Origin: the human T2T-CHM13v2.0 reference genome, Homo sapiens
NCBI RefSeq assembly: GCF_009914755.1
Contig: NC_060941.1
DNA length: 64,000 nt
Reading direction: 5' to 3' (one strand)
This document shows, in pieces, positions 51,270 through 62,761 of this stretch. The position numbers and the translations under genes were made by a program. How positions within the stretch are numbered: the stretch's first letter is position 1; every line of letters begins with the position of its first letter. The notes beneath the pieces were generated by a model, which was not told the DNA's origin, ran no database searches, and saw only the letters and a list, made by a program, of their open reading frames with translations.

Positions 51270-51441
51270 GGACGGATCACTTGAGGTCAGGAGTTCGAGG
51301 CCAGCCTGGCCAACATGGTGAAACCTCATCTTTACTAAAAATATAAAAATTAGCCAGGCGTGGTGGCAGGTACCTGAGGTCCCAGCTACTTGGGAGGCTG
51401 AGACAGGAGAATCACTTGAACCCAGAAGGTGGAGGTTGAAG
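51270..51441 (+). repeat. 172-bp exact duplicate of 49699-49870 (Alu interior)
   Basis: Base-by-base identical, offset 1,571 bp; no poly-A tail or TSD. Confidence 0.97.
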
Positions 51442-51769
51442 AAGACAGCCAGCAACGCTTTTGTGTTTCCTGTAAAAAGAGTTTCAACTCCTCTCCAATA
51501 ATCAGCCAAAGACAACACCTGGACTAAGACCTCTCACCCCTAGGATATCCAAAGTACCTGAATCTAAACAGGTACATTGAGCCTTTGGTTGGCTCACCAC
51601 TACTTTGGCAGGAAGGAATCAGGACTGATGCAGGCCCAGGCAGGAACAAAGATTCCCTGCCATTTGAGCTACTGGTTTGGGTTGGGAGAATTGGAAGGCA
51701 GGGGCCAGGTAAAGTGAGTCAAAAATTCTGAAGCATGGAGGAAGGCAGAAAGCAAGGTGGCACTGTGAT

Positions 51770-51935
51770 CTAGCAGTACTTCTCAAACTTTTAAGTGTAC
51801 ATAAATCACTTGGGGAGCTGCTAAACTGCAAATTCTGATTCAGTAGGTCTGATTCAGGGGCCTAAGATTCTGTATTTCTAAGTAGCTCATAGGTAGTGCT
51901 GATGCTGCTGGTCCATGGAGCAGCCAGGCTGCAGA
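51770..51935. mobile_element. MER5-like DNA transposon
   Basis: cagtacttctcaaactttt...aaatcacttggggagctgctaaactgcaaattctgattcagtaggtctg. Confidence 0.7.
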
Positions 51936-53099
51936 GAACTAGTGCATCAGAGGCCCTTGAGTGCTGCAGACCATGATGGGGGATAGGAATTCTCTCCTGC
52001 AGAGCCAACTCTGCATTTTTTTGGCATTGAGGAAGGGTGCTCTCATTTTGACCAAAGAAACTGGAAGGTAGGACATTAGCAAGATCCTTGTGATATTCTT
52101 GATCTTTGTAACAACCTGCTATAGCTAGCTGCAAGAGCATTTTTAATTAGACCAAATTATCTAGTTTGACTGTCCATAGAAATCAAAGCCCCAGCTGAAA
52201 TATCTGTTCATTTTGCTAGTGTAGAGATGGCTTGTGTGCTGTGATTTTTAAGATGTTAAACACTGCCTGTGGGCATATTTTATGGAGAAATAAACACACA
52301 GCCCAATGAGATGTATAGCGTAGTTTTAATATATTGTATATTCCCTTATTTATGGGGAAAATAAACACATAAGCCAATAAGCTGTGTATTACTACTTTAA
52401 TATATTGAATTTATTTCATACCTATATATTTTATGAGGGAAAATAAGATACATGACATTATTATAACACATCTAATTGTTCTATATTTATTTATGAGAGA
52501 AATAAGTGCAATTTAACATGATGTAAGATTAATGCACGAGATGAATTCTATATTAAGACAGTTTAAGGGATTAAGTTCCAGCTAACTAAGAGGTGTGTAC
52601 TTCCCACACTGAGGGACCCATTTTAAAATATGCAAAGGGCCTGTCTAGTCCTCTGTGTCACAACCTATGTTGGCTCCTGGCTTATCCTGACAATTGCTGC
52701 CTCTGGGTGACTGGTACTCTAAATCCCGGTCCTGTTGGTCCAGGGGAAAGTCTGGAGGCCCAGGAAATAAACTGCTTTTTGAGAAGGGCAGCATCTGCCG
52801 GGGAGATAGCCCCGTAGTGTCTGTTTCTGAGCGGGAGAAATATTAAAGAAACCTAAGGAGGATGGATGGCTTTCCGGGGACCTTTAAACCTCCACCTTCC
52901 CAGAACAAACCAGGAGGCAGATGGGGGAGATCGATCCTTGCTTCCCGCTTACCAGGTTTACAAGGAACCAGGCAGGGTGTGGTGGGGGATAGACAGGACA
53001 TGGTGTTGATACGTAAAATGAAGTTGTTGGTCAAGACTGGTGGGTCTGCATTCAGAGAAAGCTCTGGCCTGGCTTCAAATCCCACAGCGAAGAATCAAA

Positions 53100-54210
53100 A
53101 GTCAGACTGGATGAGGCACACCCAGGCCCGCAGACCCGCCGCTCTCCTTCCCTTCCCACATCCACCCGGACTCTCCTTCCATCTCGCGTCCTCAGCGTCC
53201 GTTGGGCTCCACTTTAAAAATAAAAAAATCAAACTAACTAAAACGAAGGTGGGACCCCCCAGGCTCCCCTTCTTCCCTGGCCTCTGGAAAATCCAGCTGG
53301 GAGGACGCAGGGGCGGGGGAAGATCCCGGCTGGGCCGGCGCCTCCTGCAGCGGCTGTCATGGCGGCCACAGCTTCTTCCCTCGCCCCCCCCCCGCCCGCC
53401 GCCCGGCCCCAGCGCCATTTTGAGCATCGTCTTTGCTTCCCTGTCTCCCTCCCGCTCTCCTCGCTCCTCCTTCTCTCCCCGCAGGTCCAGCGCCTCGCGA
53501 CGCTGCCGGGCCACCCTGGGCTTCTCGCCCGGCTGCTGCTTGGATGGTCTCCCAAACCCCAGCAGCCCGAGTCCATGGGTGTCCCGGCAGCGCCACATTT
53601 CTCAGCTGGCCTCTTTTCTTGCCCACTGGGAAGCCAGTTACCATCCCTGGGTGCGGGACCCTGCTTCCCGAGAAAATCCCCGACCCCACTCCACTCCTTG
53701 GAGAGCCACCTACAGCTCCCAAAGAGGCCCGGCTCAAGCCCCAGGCCTCGCGTCCCTAGGCTTCTTGAGTTCGGAAAAAGGTCCTACACCGGCTTCGGTC
53801 ATAAGAAGCAAAAGCCTAGGAAGCCCTTGGATTGTTCCCAATTCCAGTAAACTTCTGCCCCCGCCACGACCCTGAAGACTGTCCACAGGCTTCCTCTCCT
53901 TTCACCCTCCTCTGTTCGCTGTACACTCTCTCCCTCGACCTGCCCATCTCTATTTCCAAGCAGAGGCCCCAGAACCACCCGCTCAGGACCAAAGACCCTC
54001 TGCTGAGGGGCGGGGAGGTGACCCAGCTTCCTGCAAACTCCCGACTTTTGCCGGAGCCGTGGGCGAAGCGGCCATCAATCGGGTCACCTTTGTACCACCC
54101 GGACTTCGCCGGCCCTGGAGGCTTTGCTGCCATATGGGCCGCTGAACCTAATCAACTTCGCACAGGTCCTGGAGGGGTGAGGACCGGCCTTGGGGCCGCG
54201 GGGAAAGAGT
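53100..54210. promoter_or_regulatory. CpG island immediately 3' of HOXB2
   Basis: High CpG density; YY1-type motif CGCCATTTTG at 53413-53422. Confidence 0.75.
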
Positions 54211-54252
54211 TTAGGTCCCAACACAAACACTCGTTTTGGTATTATAAAGACA

Positions 54253-54258
54253 TTTATT
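54253..54258 (-). terminator. HOXB2 polyadenylation signal AATAAA
   Basis: tttatt on + strand at the end of an AT-rich 3' UTR about 390 nt after the stop. Confidence 0.75.
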
Positions 54259-54327
54259 TAATCTATGAAAATAATGTACAATAAATACTTTCCCCTTTTC
54301 CTATTATTAAAGAATTTTAATAAATAA

Positions 54328-54335
54328 TCTACAGT
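54328..54335 (-). promoter_or_regulatory. miR-139-5p 8mer site in HOXB2 3' UTR
   Basis: mRNA-sense ACTGTAGA. Confidence 0.6.
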
Positions 54336-54646
54336 CTAAAACATAAAAAAGAGGAAAATAGGTCCCTCTAGTTATTTTTAAGAAAGTCCCCCTAGAGTTT
54401 AATTATTCCTGAGATTTCATTGGAAGGAGTCTACCAAACGGAATTTTTCTGTGTGAATTTTAAAAGATAACCGAGTGCCCAATATTTTAGAAGAAGAAGA
54501 AAGGAAGTGGATTAAACGCTAATTCAGTAATACCTGAATTTTAGCAAAACACATAAGTCTATGCGACTGAGGGTGGGAGAGGCTCGATTTTTCCAGTAGA
54601 CGGCCAAGGAGCGCGGGGGTCGAAAGGACCGGGAGGAGGAAACAGG

Positions 54647-55326
54647 TTAGGGAAACTGCAGGTCGATGGCACAGAGCGTACTGGTGAAAAAATCCAGCTC
54701 TTCCTCGGAAAAAGGGACCGGGCTGTCGAGAGAACCCTGTAGGCTAGGGGAGAGGCCTCCGGATAGCTGGAGACAGGAGTCGGCCGCGAAGAAGTTGAGG
54801 TCGGGAAGGAAAGGTGAATCCTGGCGCCCCGAGAAGACGTCTTCTGGCAATGGCCCGGGCTCCAGCCCGCCGGCCCCGCGCAGCGCGCAGCCGGGACTCG
54901 ACGCGCCTGCGCCCTCTAAGCGAACGGCTAAAGGCCGGGGGTCCGCGCTTAAGGCCCCCGGCACCACCTCCGGCGGGTGACAGCAGGCTTCCCACGCCGC
55001 CCGCGAGGCGGAGGGGCCGCCCGGGCTGGCCGCGGGTTCCTCGGCAGGGTCGCAGATGTCCTCCAGGGCTCCCGGGCAGGCAGGCTCCCCATCCGGCGGC
55101 TCTCGGTGCTGCGTCTGCCGCTTGTGCTTCATGCGCCGGTTCTGAAACCAGACTTTGACCTGCCTTTCGGTGAGGTCCAGCAAGGCCGCGATCTCGACGC
55201 GGCGTGGCCGGCACAGGTACTTATTAAAGTGGAATTCCTTCTCCAGTTCCAGCAGCTGCGTGTTGGTGTAAGCCGTGCGCAGCCTGCGCGCCCCGCCGCC
55301 ACCAGCCTCCGGCAGTCCCAGGCCAT
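54647..55326 (-). CDS. HOXB2: HOXB2 coding exon 2 (homeodomain, PG2 class; acidic C-terminus)
   Basis: Acceptor ttttccctgcag| at 55328-55327; [58 protein letters not shown]...AIDLQFP*; 391+680=1071 nt = 356 aa. Confidence 0.98.
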
Positions 55327-56098
55327 CTGCAGGGAAAACAGGCTCGGCGTCATAGCGGGCCGTGTACTCAGCCCAACCTCAGTTCGGACTACCCCATCCT
55401 CCAAAACCAGTATCACCTCTCCCCTTCCTCGCCACCCCACCCCCGCCCCCACCCCAAAGCCGCTCGCTTTACTGCTTTTGGGTTTTCTTCTCTCCCTCTC
55501 TAGTCTACAGCCCCGGCCCGGGTCAGGGCAAAGCATTCAGAGCCGCCCACGGGCCACGCAGGGGGCGGAGAGCGGCTCCCTTCGGCGCCGGAACCTCAGA
55601 TCCCCCTCCCAAGCCCTCCCAGTGGACCCCTCAATTCGGAACTTTCCAACTCAACCGGAGCGAGGGTCAGAAAGATTGTTCTTCACCCCTCTTCCTCCCT
55701 AGCTCTGAATTCTTCCTCTTCTCCTAGAGTTGGGGCAGAAAGGACCGAATCTTTTCTGCTTCTAGGGTCTATCCCAGCAACAACATACTCATTCCCCTAC
55801 ACAGATACGGGTGAAAACCTCAATCAAATCATTTTCTTCTAGCAGAAAAAAAGGCGTTTCCCCAACCAGCTTCCAAAATCAGCCATAGGGAGAGAAAGAG
55901 AGAGAGAGACAGAAAAAAAAAAGACGCTGTTAGCGGCCAGGCCTGAACCCCAGTGGGATATTCTACTTCCCCATCCCAGGAATGGAGGGGGTAAGGAACC
56001 CCAACAGGCTCGCCACCATTTTTTTTAAACCTCCTTCCACTGCTTTTTCTCCCCCTCTTCTAGCTGCCCCTCACCCCACCCCCACCACGCTTACCGAC

Positions 56099-56489
56099 CT
56101 GCAGGCGATCCGACCCCGGAGGCCGGAACGGCGGAGGCGGCCGGAGAAGGAGACGTGGCGGATTGGCTGGGTTTCTTGGCGGATTTCTTCTCTTTCATCC
56201 AAGGGAACTCGGGGGCCGGGGGGGCAGCGGGGAGTGGCGGCGGCGGTGGCGGCGGCAGAGCAGGCCCATCTTCGGCTCGCTTTTGGCTCCTGGGTCTCTG
56301 AAGGGTGGAGGCGCCGGGCTGGAGGCTGGGGAAGGTTTGCTCGAAAGGAGGAGGAGGAGGAATTAATGTCGACTCCTTGATTGATGAAGTTTGAAATGTC
56401 TCCAAGACAGCGGGGAAGGAAGTCAGACACTCGGCGAGCGACGGCTGGCTGTTTATAAACCCAATCTCCCTCTCAAATTCAAAATTCAT
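56099..56489 (-). CDS. HOXB2: HOXB2 coding exon 1 (391 nt; polyproline tracts, FPWMK hexapeptide)
   Basis: ATG at 56489 gives [26 protein letters not shown]...EFPWMKEKK...GSPA; donor GCAG|GTCGGT at 56098; the upstream 'M' in the ORF track at 56498 is a TTG. Confidence 0.97.
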
Positions 56490-56699
56490 GGCTTTCAATG
56501 GTGGGGGAGGGGGCTGCTGGGGGGGGCGTCAGGAGGGAGGATCGGAAGGGACCCCCCCTCCTGCACCCCCCCCGATTTATGTAATGGAGCGATTTTGGGA
56601 GGGGGAGATTTCGGTCTCTCTTTTTTTTAATTTTGGGCCTTTATAATTGTATATTGCTGATAAATACAAGCGTATGGGGACTCTCTCTATTAAACCCAG

Positions 56700-56760
56700 G
56701 ACTCCAGCGAAATTACAGGGAATTCGTGGTCACGGGACCGGCCTCCGCCAATCGCTCGTC
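56700..56760. promoter_or_regulatory. HOXB2 proximal promoter (GTCACG half E-box plus CCAAT)
   Basis: GTCACG 56729-56734 and CCAAT 56748-56752, about 250 bp upstream of the ATG. Confidence 0.5.
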
Positions 56761-57965
56761 TGGGCCTGGTGGAAAACAGAGAGCATTATTTGGTTTAATT
56801 GATTCAAAAACACCAGAGGACCACGACCAGGACACCATGAGCCCCCATTCCTACACCAGTGCCTCACATGCTCTCTCCCCAATGCCTCCGTTTCTCCAGA
56901 AAAGCTAGAGGAACCTTTTCCTCATCCCCTTCGAAGGTTAGAAGGTTTCAGAAGCCTGGAAAAGAAGAGACTCTAAGGGAGAAACCTTCCTCTTTTCCAA
57001 GTATTTTAATAGAGTAAATTAAGGCCTTCTTTACGTGGCCAGCAGCATCCCCTTCCCTTCTCCCCTTCCCCAGGAAAAGATGAGTGAGGATCTCCGCGTT
57101 GGAGGAAGAGGGAGTCGAAAGAGGCTTCCACTCTTTGAAAAAGGTCAGTATTAAGGTGAAAATAAGAAAGAGATTTACAATCATCACACCACTATCCCTG
57201 TTACCCTCCAAAAACAACAGTTAAATCTTGGGAAATGGACAGGAACTCCCAGGCAGACACATAGGAGTGAGATGGAGCATAAGGGGCATTTTTGGGCCTC
57301 TGGCCTCCATCGCTGTATGGTCTGGGTTCTCTTCTCTGCCCAGTGTTTGCAGCACTGCCTCTGCCCCTTATGTACCCCTGCTTTCCTCACTTTCAGGCTT
57401 CCATGCTTCTCTGTGACATCCCCCAAAAACAGGCAGAGTCTAAGATGTGCATGTACCCACTCAAGCCTCAAGCTTGTATCTGTATCCATATCCAGGGACA
57501 TGAACAAGAACTGAGGTAGCCATTGGTTTAACTTAGAGCACTCTCAAAGTTCAGATCAGCGTTATGTGTGTGCATGAGTGTGGTGGGGAGATTTTCCCCT
57601 AGGACAAAGAGACTTTCCCTCCCATTTTTGCCATTGTGCTAGTTAAAAAAGAAAAAAGAAAAAAAAAAAAAAAAGAATCCCTGACAAGGAAGAATTCCCT
57701 GAAGATGGTAGGGGTGGAAATAATGACCACTGAGATGATATTCCATTTCTGGCTGCTGGGGGAAAATGTTTTTAAAATTTATTTTATTTTGAGGAGACCA
57801 AGATAGTCTGAAGTTTAGAGTGTTGTAATTTACTATGGGGAGAGGGCACAAGACTCTGAGCCCCAAGCAATTGGTGGGAAACTAGGCCTCAAAGCAGAAA
57901 ATGAAAAGTCGATCTGGGGGAAGATTTTTAAATAAGTGGGTCAGACGGATGGAGAGGAGATGAGG

Positions 57966-57989
57966 CGATCAATCTTAGCCCCCTGACAG
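57966..57989 (-). promoter_or_regulatory. HOXB2 rhombomere-4 enhancer core (PBX-HOXB1 plus MEIS/PREP site)
   Basis: Minus strand reads CTGTCAGGGGGCTAAGATTGATCG: AGATTGATCG (57966-57975) and TGACAG (57984-57989); matches the known Hoxb2 r4 element. Confidence 0.92.
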
Positions 57990-58882
57990 CTCCCTCCGAT
58001 TGCATCAAAGAATTTGGCTCTTTGGGAAAGCAGAGCGAACAGCCAAAATTTCACATCCCTTAAAAAGGCCTGGGGGTGGGGGTGGGGGTGCAAAAGAGAA
58101 GGGTGATTCTGGGAGAGCTGGGAAACAGATGGGAAATGGGGACAGAGGGAAAGCGCTAAGTTGGGTGGAAAGTTTGCCTGGAGAACTCCCATGGCTTTGG
58201 CCTCCCCTCCCCCTCCTCTCTCTCTGCTGCCCAGCCAGGAGGAGAAGGCTGGTTAGCAGAGAAATGGCAACTGAGCCCGGAGCTGGAACTAGAAACTTTC
58301 TGTCAGTGTAACATCTGCGTGAGTACTTAAAAAGAAGGACAGAGAAGTCTGAGTAGAAGCATGAGGGTGGGGGAGAGGAGGATGGAGAAAGGGGAGTTGG
58401 AGGTGGGGGCTGCAGGGACCGAGGAGGCATGCTCTGGAGGGCTCAGAACAGAGAGAGCTGCTCTGACCTGGGCAAAGTGGCCAGCGACAGTAGTGTGCAA
58501 CTAGGCTCCAAAGAAAACAATTTTTGCCATTTAGAGGTGTGGATGGGGGTGGGCATAGAATAATCCAAATAGTAGCTGTCTGGAAGTCATGCAGGGAGGC
58601 CTGAGAGTGGGTTCTCCCTCTGGCCACCCCCTTGAACACCTCTGAAAGTTTAGCAACAGCTTCTGTAGCTGGCTGAAGGATCCAGAGCTTATCTCAGGCA
58701 ACTCGGGCAGACTGTCCCTGCAGGAAATACAGCTCTCTCTAACCCTCACTGACAGATTTTATGGCCAGATTAGCAAACAGCGGAAAACTTGGGTGTTAAA
58801 AGGGGCCCAGAGAACCCTCCTTTTCAGAGACATCCCTCCCCCGCCCCCCTGTCCTGCTGTGAATTTAACAGCACGGATATTT

Positions 58883-58900
58883 TACCCACGTCTTTGGCTG
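58883..58900 (-). promoter_or_regulatory. Candidate EGR2/Krox20 site of the HOXB2 r3/r5 enhancer
   Basis: ACGTGGGTA resembles the EGR consensus GCGTGGGCG, 2.4 kb upstream of the HOXB2 ATG; assignment to the published site is uncertain. Confidence 0.3.
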
Positions 58901-60465
58901 CTTTAGCTGAGCGCCTGGAATCTTCCAAAGAGAAGGATAGGGAACACCAAGCCAAGTTGGTTCTTATTTTTCTTGTTTGCAATTCCAGCTTCGAGCCAAA
59001 GCTCTGTTTTTCAAACTTAAGCTAAATTCTCTTTCTTGGCCTCTTTCCTGCTAGATAAATAACAACCCAACCCAGCCCCAGAGCCAAACATGGTGCTTCA
59101 TCTAGTTATATCATTCAGAAAATGTTATTCAAGGAAGAAGAGAGAAAGAGAAAGAAAGAAAAACCCTTGAGCGTTATTTGATCCCAATCAAACTTTGCAC
59201 GCTCTTATGCCTTTAAATTATAGCCTGACCCAATGCTAAATTGCTTGCTGCTTGGATGAGTCCAGTTAAAATCCTACTTGGTGGTGGGGAAGGGGGAGGG
59301 CGTAGAGTTCAGGTTGCTTTTTTATTGTTATTTATTGTTGCATAAAGACTATAATTACTAACCTTGGACTGCCAGGATGCAACATAAAAATGAAAATCAG
59401 CCCTCTCTTTAAGGCAGGGCCTGGAACGATTCTCACTCCCCCAACATCACTACCACCAAATATATGCTCCTAATTAAGCAATGCGGGCACATCGCTTACA
59501 ATTAGAATTATGCAGCTCTTCAGCAAGCAGCCATCGCTTCTCTTTCAACGAATTAGCTCCATATTTCAGCCGCCCTGTCTTCTCGCTCTTATCGGCTCCA
59601 GCGACTCGGCGGTGACATTTCATCTTTGACAGACCTTCTCTATTTTCACTCCAATGTGATAAAACTTTTATGGAACCACAACTAAGAAATGAAGTTTTCC
59701 CAAGGATGATGGAAACAGAGCCGCACATTAGCCTGAGGACCGTTTTATTTACGCTTGGATCCAACAGCTTCTCCCACCCTCCTCTCCCCTTTCTCTGGCA
59801 GGGGAAATCGAACGTGCTTCCCCTCCCTCCGCCTCGAGTTTTATTTAGTGATTTAATTTTACTTAGTTTTAAAGTTTGACCTGAGAAGTCTAGGCCTCAG
59901 TTTTGTTTTTTTTTTTTTTAGATTAATCATTTTTCTTTGTTTTCATTTTAGACCCAATGGTGGTTGGGCTTCGGGTCACGTGACACCTTCTTTGTGGCTC
60001 CGGAAGAGGATTGTGAAGTTTAGGTTTCGTGGAAGAAACCGTAATCGGCCAGATTTTCTTGGTGGTGGTGGGAAGGGGTGGGGGGTGGGGGGTGCATGGA
60101 CGCTGTGGCCAAAGGAGCTAACAGACGAAAGGTCAATGAATGAAAAACCTAGAGGCATACAGGCCAAACAGAAAAACCTACAGAGAGCATCCAAGAGTCC
60201 CCCGTTACCTCCCAACTTGCTACTTAAACCACAGCTGAAGAAGTTGGCAAAATGTTACAGGCTCTTATGAGTGAGAAAATGGTATTTAAACTTAAGACAT
60301 ATCAAGGGGGAGACAGGAACCTGGGCAGTGGACAAAAAGGCCAGGGAAGGGTCTTCAGTGTCCTTGTCCTTGTCCTTCTTCCCTTGGGGGAAATTTGGCA
60401 GTCAGCAGCCTTGCTCTGCTATCTAAATTGGACCACCAGGACAAGATAAAATTGATAACAGAAAG

Positions 60466-60471
60466 TTTATT
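60466..60471 (-). terminator. Probable HOXB3 polyadenylation signal AATAAA
   Basis: tttatt on + strand at the distal end of the AT-rich region about 1.45 kb after the HOXB3 stop. Confidence 0.65.
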
Positions 60472-60628
60472 CAAGAATTGTTTGACAGACAACCCTTTTA
60501 GGTAAGGAAAAAAGTAACTACTGAAGAACAAAGAAAGTTCCAAGAGGGAATTAACTCTAGTTCTACAAATTCAGGACTATACAGTGACGATTAGGAGCTG
60601 AGTTCATGCCTTTTAGAACTAATTACAA

Positions 60629-61740
60629 TTGTTCGTAAGTACGAGTTTAACATAAATCTACAGCTCTTTTCTAGAGTACAATAGTAACTAAAATAGCTGG
60701 TTTTACATGACAGGAAACACAATGTCCTTTGTAACAGGTAAATACTAAAAAAGTACAATTTTTTCCTTTTTTTCCCTCATATAAATACATAATGTAGGGG
60801 GATAAATAATACAAAAAAGAAAATATTTTAACAGGCTATAACCAATAAATATATATGAAAATGTTCACTAGAACACACGCTTTTTTGAGCAATGCTGGAC
60901 TTCTGCAGGCCCAGACATCTCTCACAGTTGTTTTTACATCCATTAAAATGTAAATTCTAAGTGCAACAAAAGTGTCCTGTCAGGAGGCTGAGCAAGGCAC
61001 ACAGGCCCTGCCCAGCCCCTGCCTGGGACAGACAGTTTGTTCAAATATACCCTGTTTTCACGTTAAGTCAAGAGAGCAACAGAAGAAAAGTATAGAACCT
61101 CGTGTCACCAACTGCTTTCTGTGGAGAGGGGGATGGAGCTGGAGCTGAGATGGAGGCAGCAGAATGGGCAAACCTTCAGTCCTAACAACCTGCCTGCCCT
61201 AGCCTCCACACTTTTCCTTAAAAAAAAATGTATATAATTTATAATATAGGCAGCTCTTTCAGGATCTCTCACCATCCCTGAGCCCTCTAAAAACTGTAAT
61301 TGATGGGGGTGGGATGTATAGATATGAATGTTCTAGAGCAGAAAAACCGGGGGCTAGAAGTGTACCTCAATAAACCTCAAATGGGAACAAATTTGAGGTT
61401 TTGGGAAAGTTGGAAGGGAACGTGTTTTGTGCCTTTTGGGTTTGAAATGTGTTTTCTTATTTTTTAAAGGATAATTGAGGAAAAAAAAAATCAAGATTTG
61501 GGGGGAATTACCTACAAAGATGTAAGGTAAGTCCGTTGGTTGGTGATGGCCTAGCCATCTTGTCTGGTTTTTAAAATGTGCTTTTCTGCCTCGTCCTGTC
61601 TCGTCTTCCTCTACCCCACTCCCGGGCGTGGAATTCCAACTTGGTAGTGCTGGAGCCCTGGGGTTGATGGGGTCATCTCCAATATGATGTGGATTCCTTT
61701 CCGATGGGTTGGCAGGCAGATGGAACAAGGGGTGGAAGAC
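60629..61740 (-). promoter_or_regulatory. miRNA seed matches in HOXB3 3' UTR (miR-10, miR-7, miR-218, miR-375)
   Basis: mRNA-sense ACAGGGTA (61048-61055, miR-10 8mer), GTCTTCCA (61733-61740, miR-7 8mer), AAGCACA (61577-61583, miR-218), CGAACAA (60629-60635) and GAACAAA (61036-61042, miR-375). Confidence 0.7.
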
Positions 61741-61913
61741 TTAAAAGCAACCTCTCAGGCCAGGGGGAAGGGAAGGAGCTCCAGGCCGGTTCTGACCAGG
61801 AAGCCTGGGTACCACCTTCTCTGGCTCCTCTTTTCAGACCTCCAGGTTGCCCCCCAGAGCTCCACAGTCTCTCTCTTCCTCCCCATCCCCTAATCCTCGT
61901 TCGCCCTTTCCCA

Positions 61914-62761
61914 TCACAGGTGTGTTAATTTGGGCGCTTCTTGGATTCTACCCTGAGGAGGAGGCGCGTGGTGAGAGGAGAGGTCTGTGTAGGTGGGGTG
62001 GGGTTCGCAGGGTCCGTGGTGCTGGCTGGGCGCCATAGGGGGCGCCCCGTTGTAGTCCAGGTTCCCGGAAGGGTGATGGGAAAGGTGGTTGAGGCCATAG
62101 AGGGAGGGGCCGGCAGGGGGCGGCAGCGGATCCGCGTAGCCGCCCCCGCCCACGTACACCGGACTGCCCTGCATGGTGGGCGTCCCGTAGGCGCCCCCGT
62201 TGGCTTGGAGGACGTGCGGCTCATACTCGGGCGCCGGGGTCGGAGGGTACTTCTGCGGGGCGCCGCAGCCTTTGAGAGGGGGCTGGTAGTTGGAGGGCAG
62301 CGCGTAGGCATTCTGGTGGGCTTTACCGAAGGCGGGTGGGGACGGGCTCTCGTAGCTGGGGGTCATGGAGTGTAAGGCGTTCATGAAGCCGGCCGTGGAC
62401 TGCATGGGCTGCGGGGGGCTGCCGGCTGGAGATGGGCCCCCCGACGACGAGGCCAATCCCTTGGCCTTCTGGTCCTTCTTGTACTTCATGCGCCGGTTCT
62501 GGAACCAGATCTTGATCTGCCGCTCGCTGAGGTTCAGCAGGTTGGCCATCTCTACACGGCGAGGCCGGCACAGGTAGCGGTTAAAATGGAACTCCTTCTC
62601 CAGCTCCACCAGCTGCGCGCTCGTGTACGCCGTCCGCGCCCGCTTGGACGCCGCCGACCCCGGGGGGCTCTTGTCCCCTCCCCCGCCGCCGCCGCCACCG
62701 CCCCCGCTGCCACCACTGCCTCCGCCGCCGCCGCCACCGCCGCCGCCACCACAGCCCTCTG
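61914..62761 (-). CDS. HOXB3: HOXB3 last coding exon (polyglycine linker, homeodomain, C-terminus)
   Basis: Acceptor tccag| at 62763-62762; AEGCGGGG...[61 protein letters not shown]...QEAPKLTHL*. Confidence 0.98.
62680..62750 (-). repeat. (GGC)n polyglycine coding repeat in HOXB3
   Basis: [25 protein letters not shown] linker between hexapeptide and homeodomain. Confidence 0.9.

Noticed and set aside
52270-52510. Repeat-spacer pattern superficially like a CRISPR array
   Set aside because: Degenerate repeats, related spacers, eukaryotic context, no cas genes
52862-53875. 337-aa + strand ORF, the longest in the track
   Set aside because: Low-complexity Pro/Arg/Ser sequence across a CpG island where stop codons are rare; no recognisable domain; several overlapping open frames indicate a composition effect
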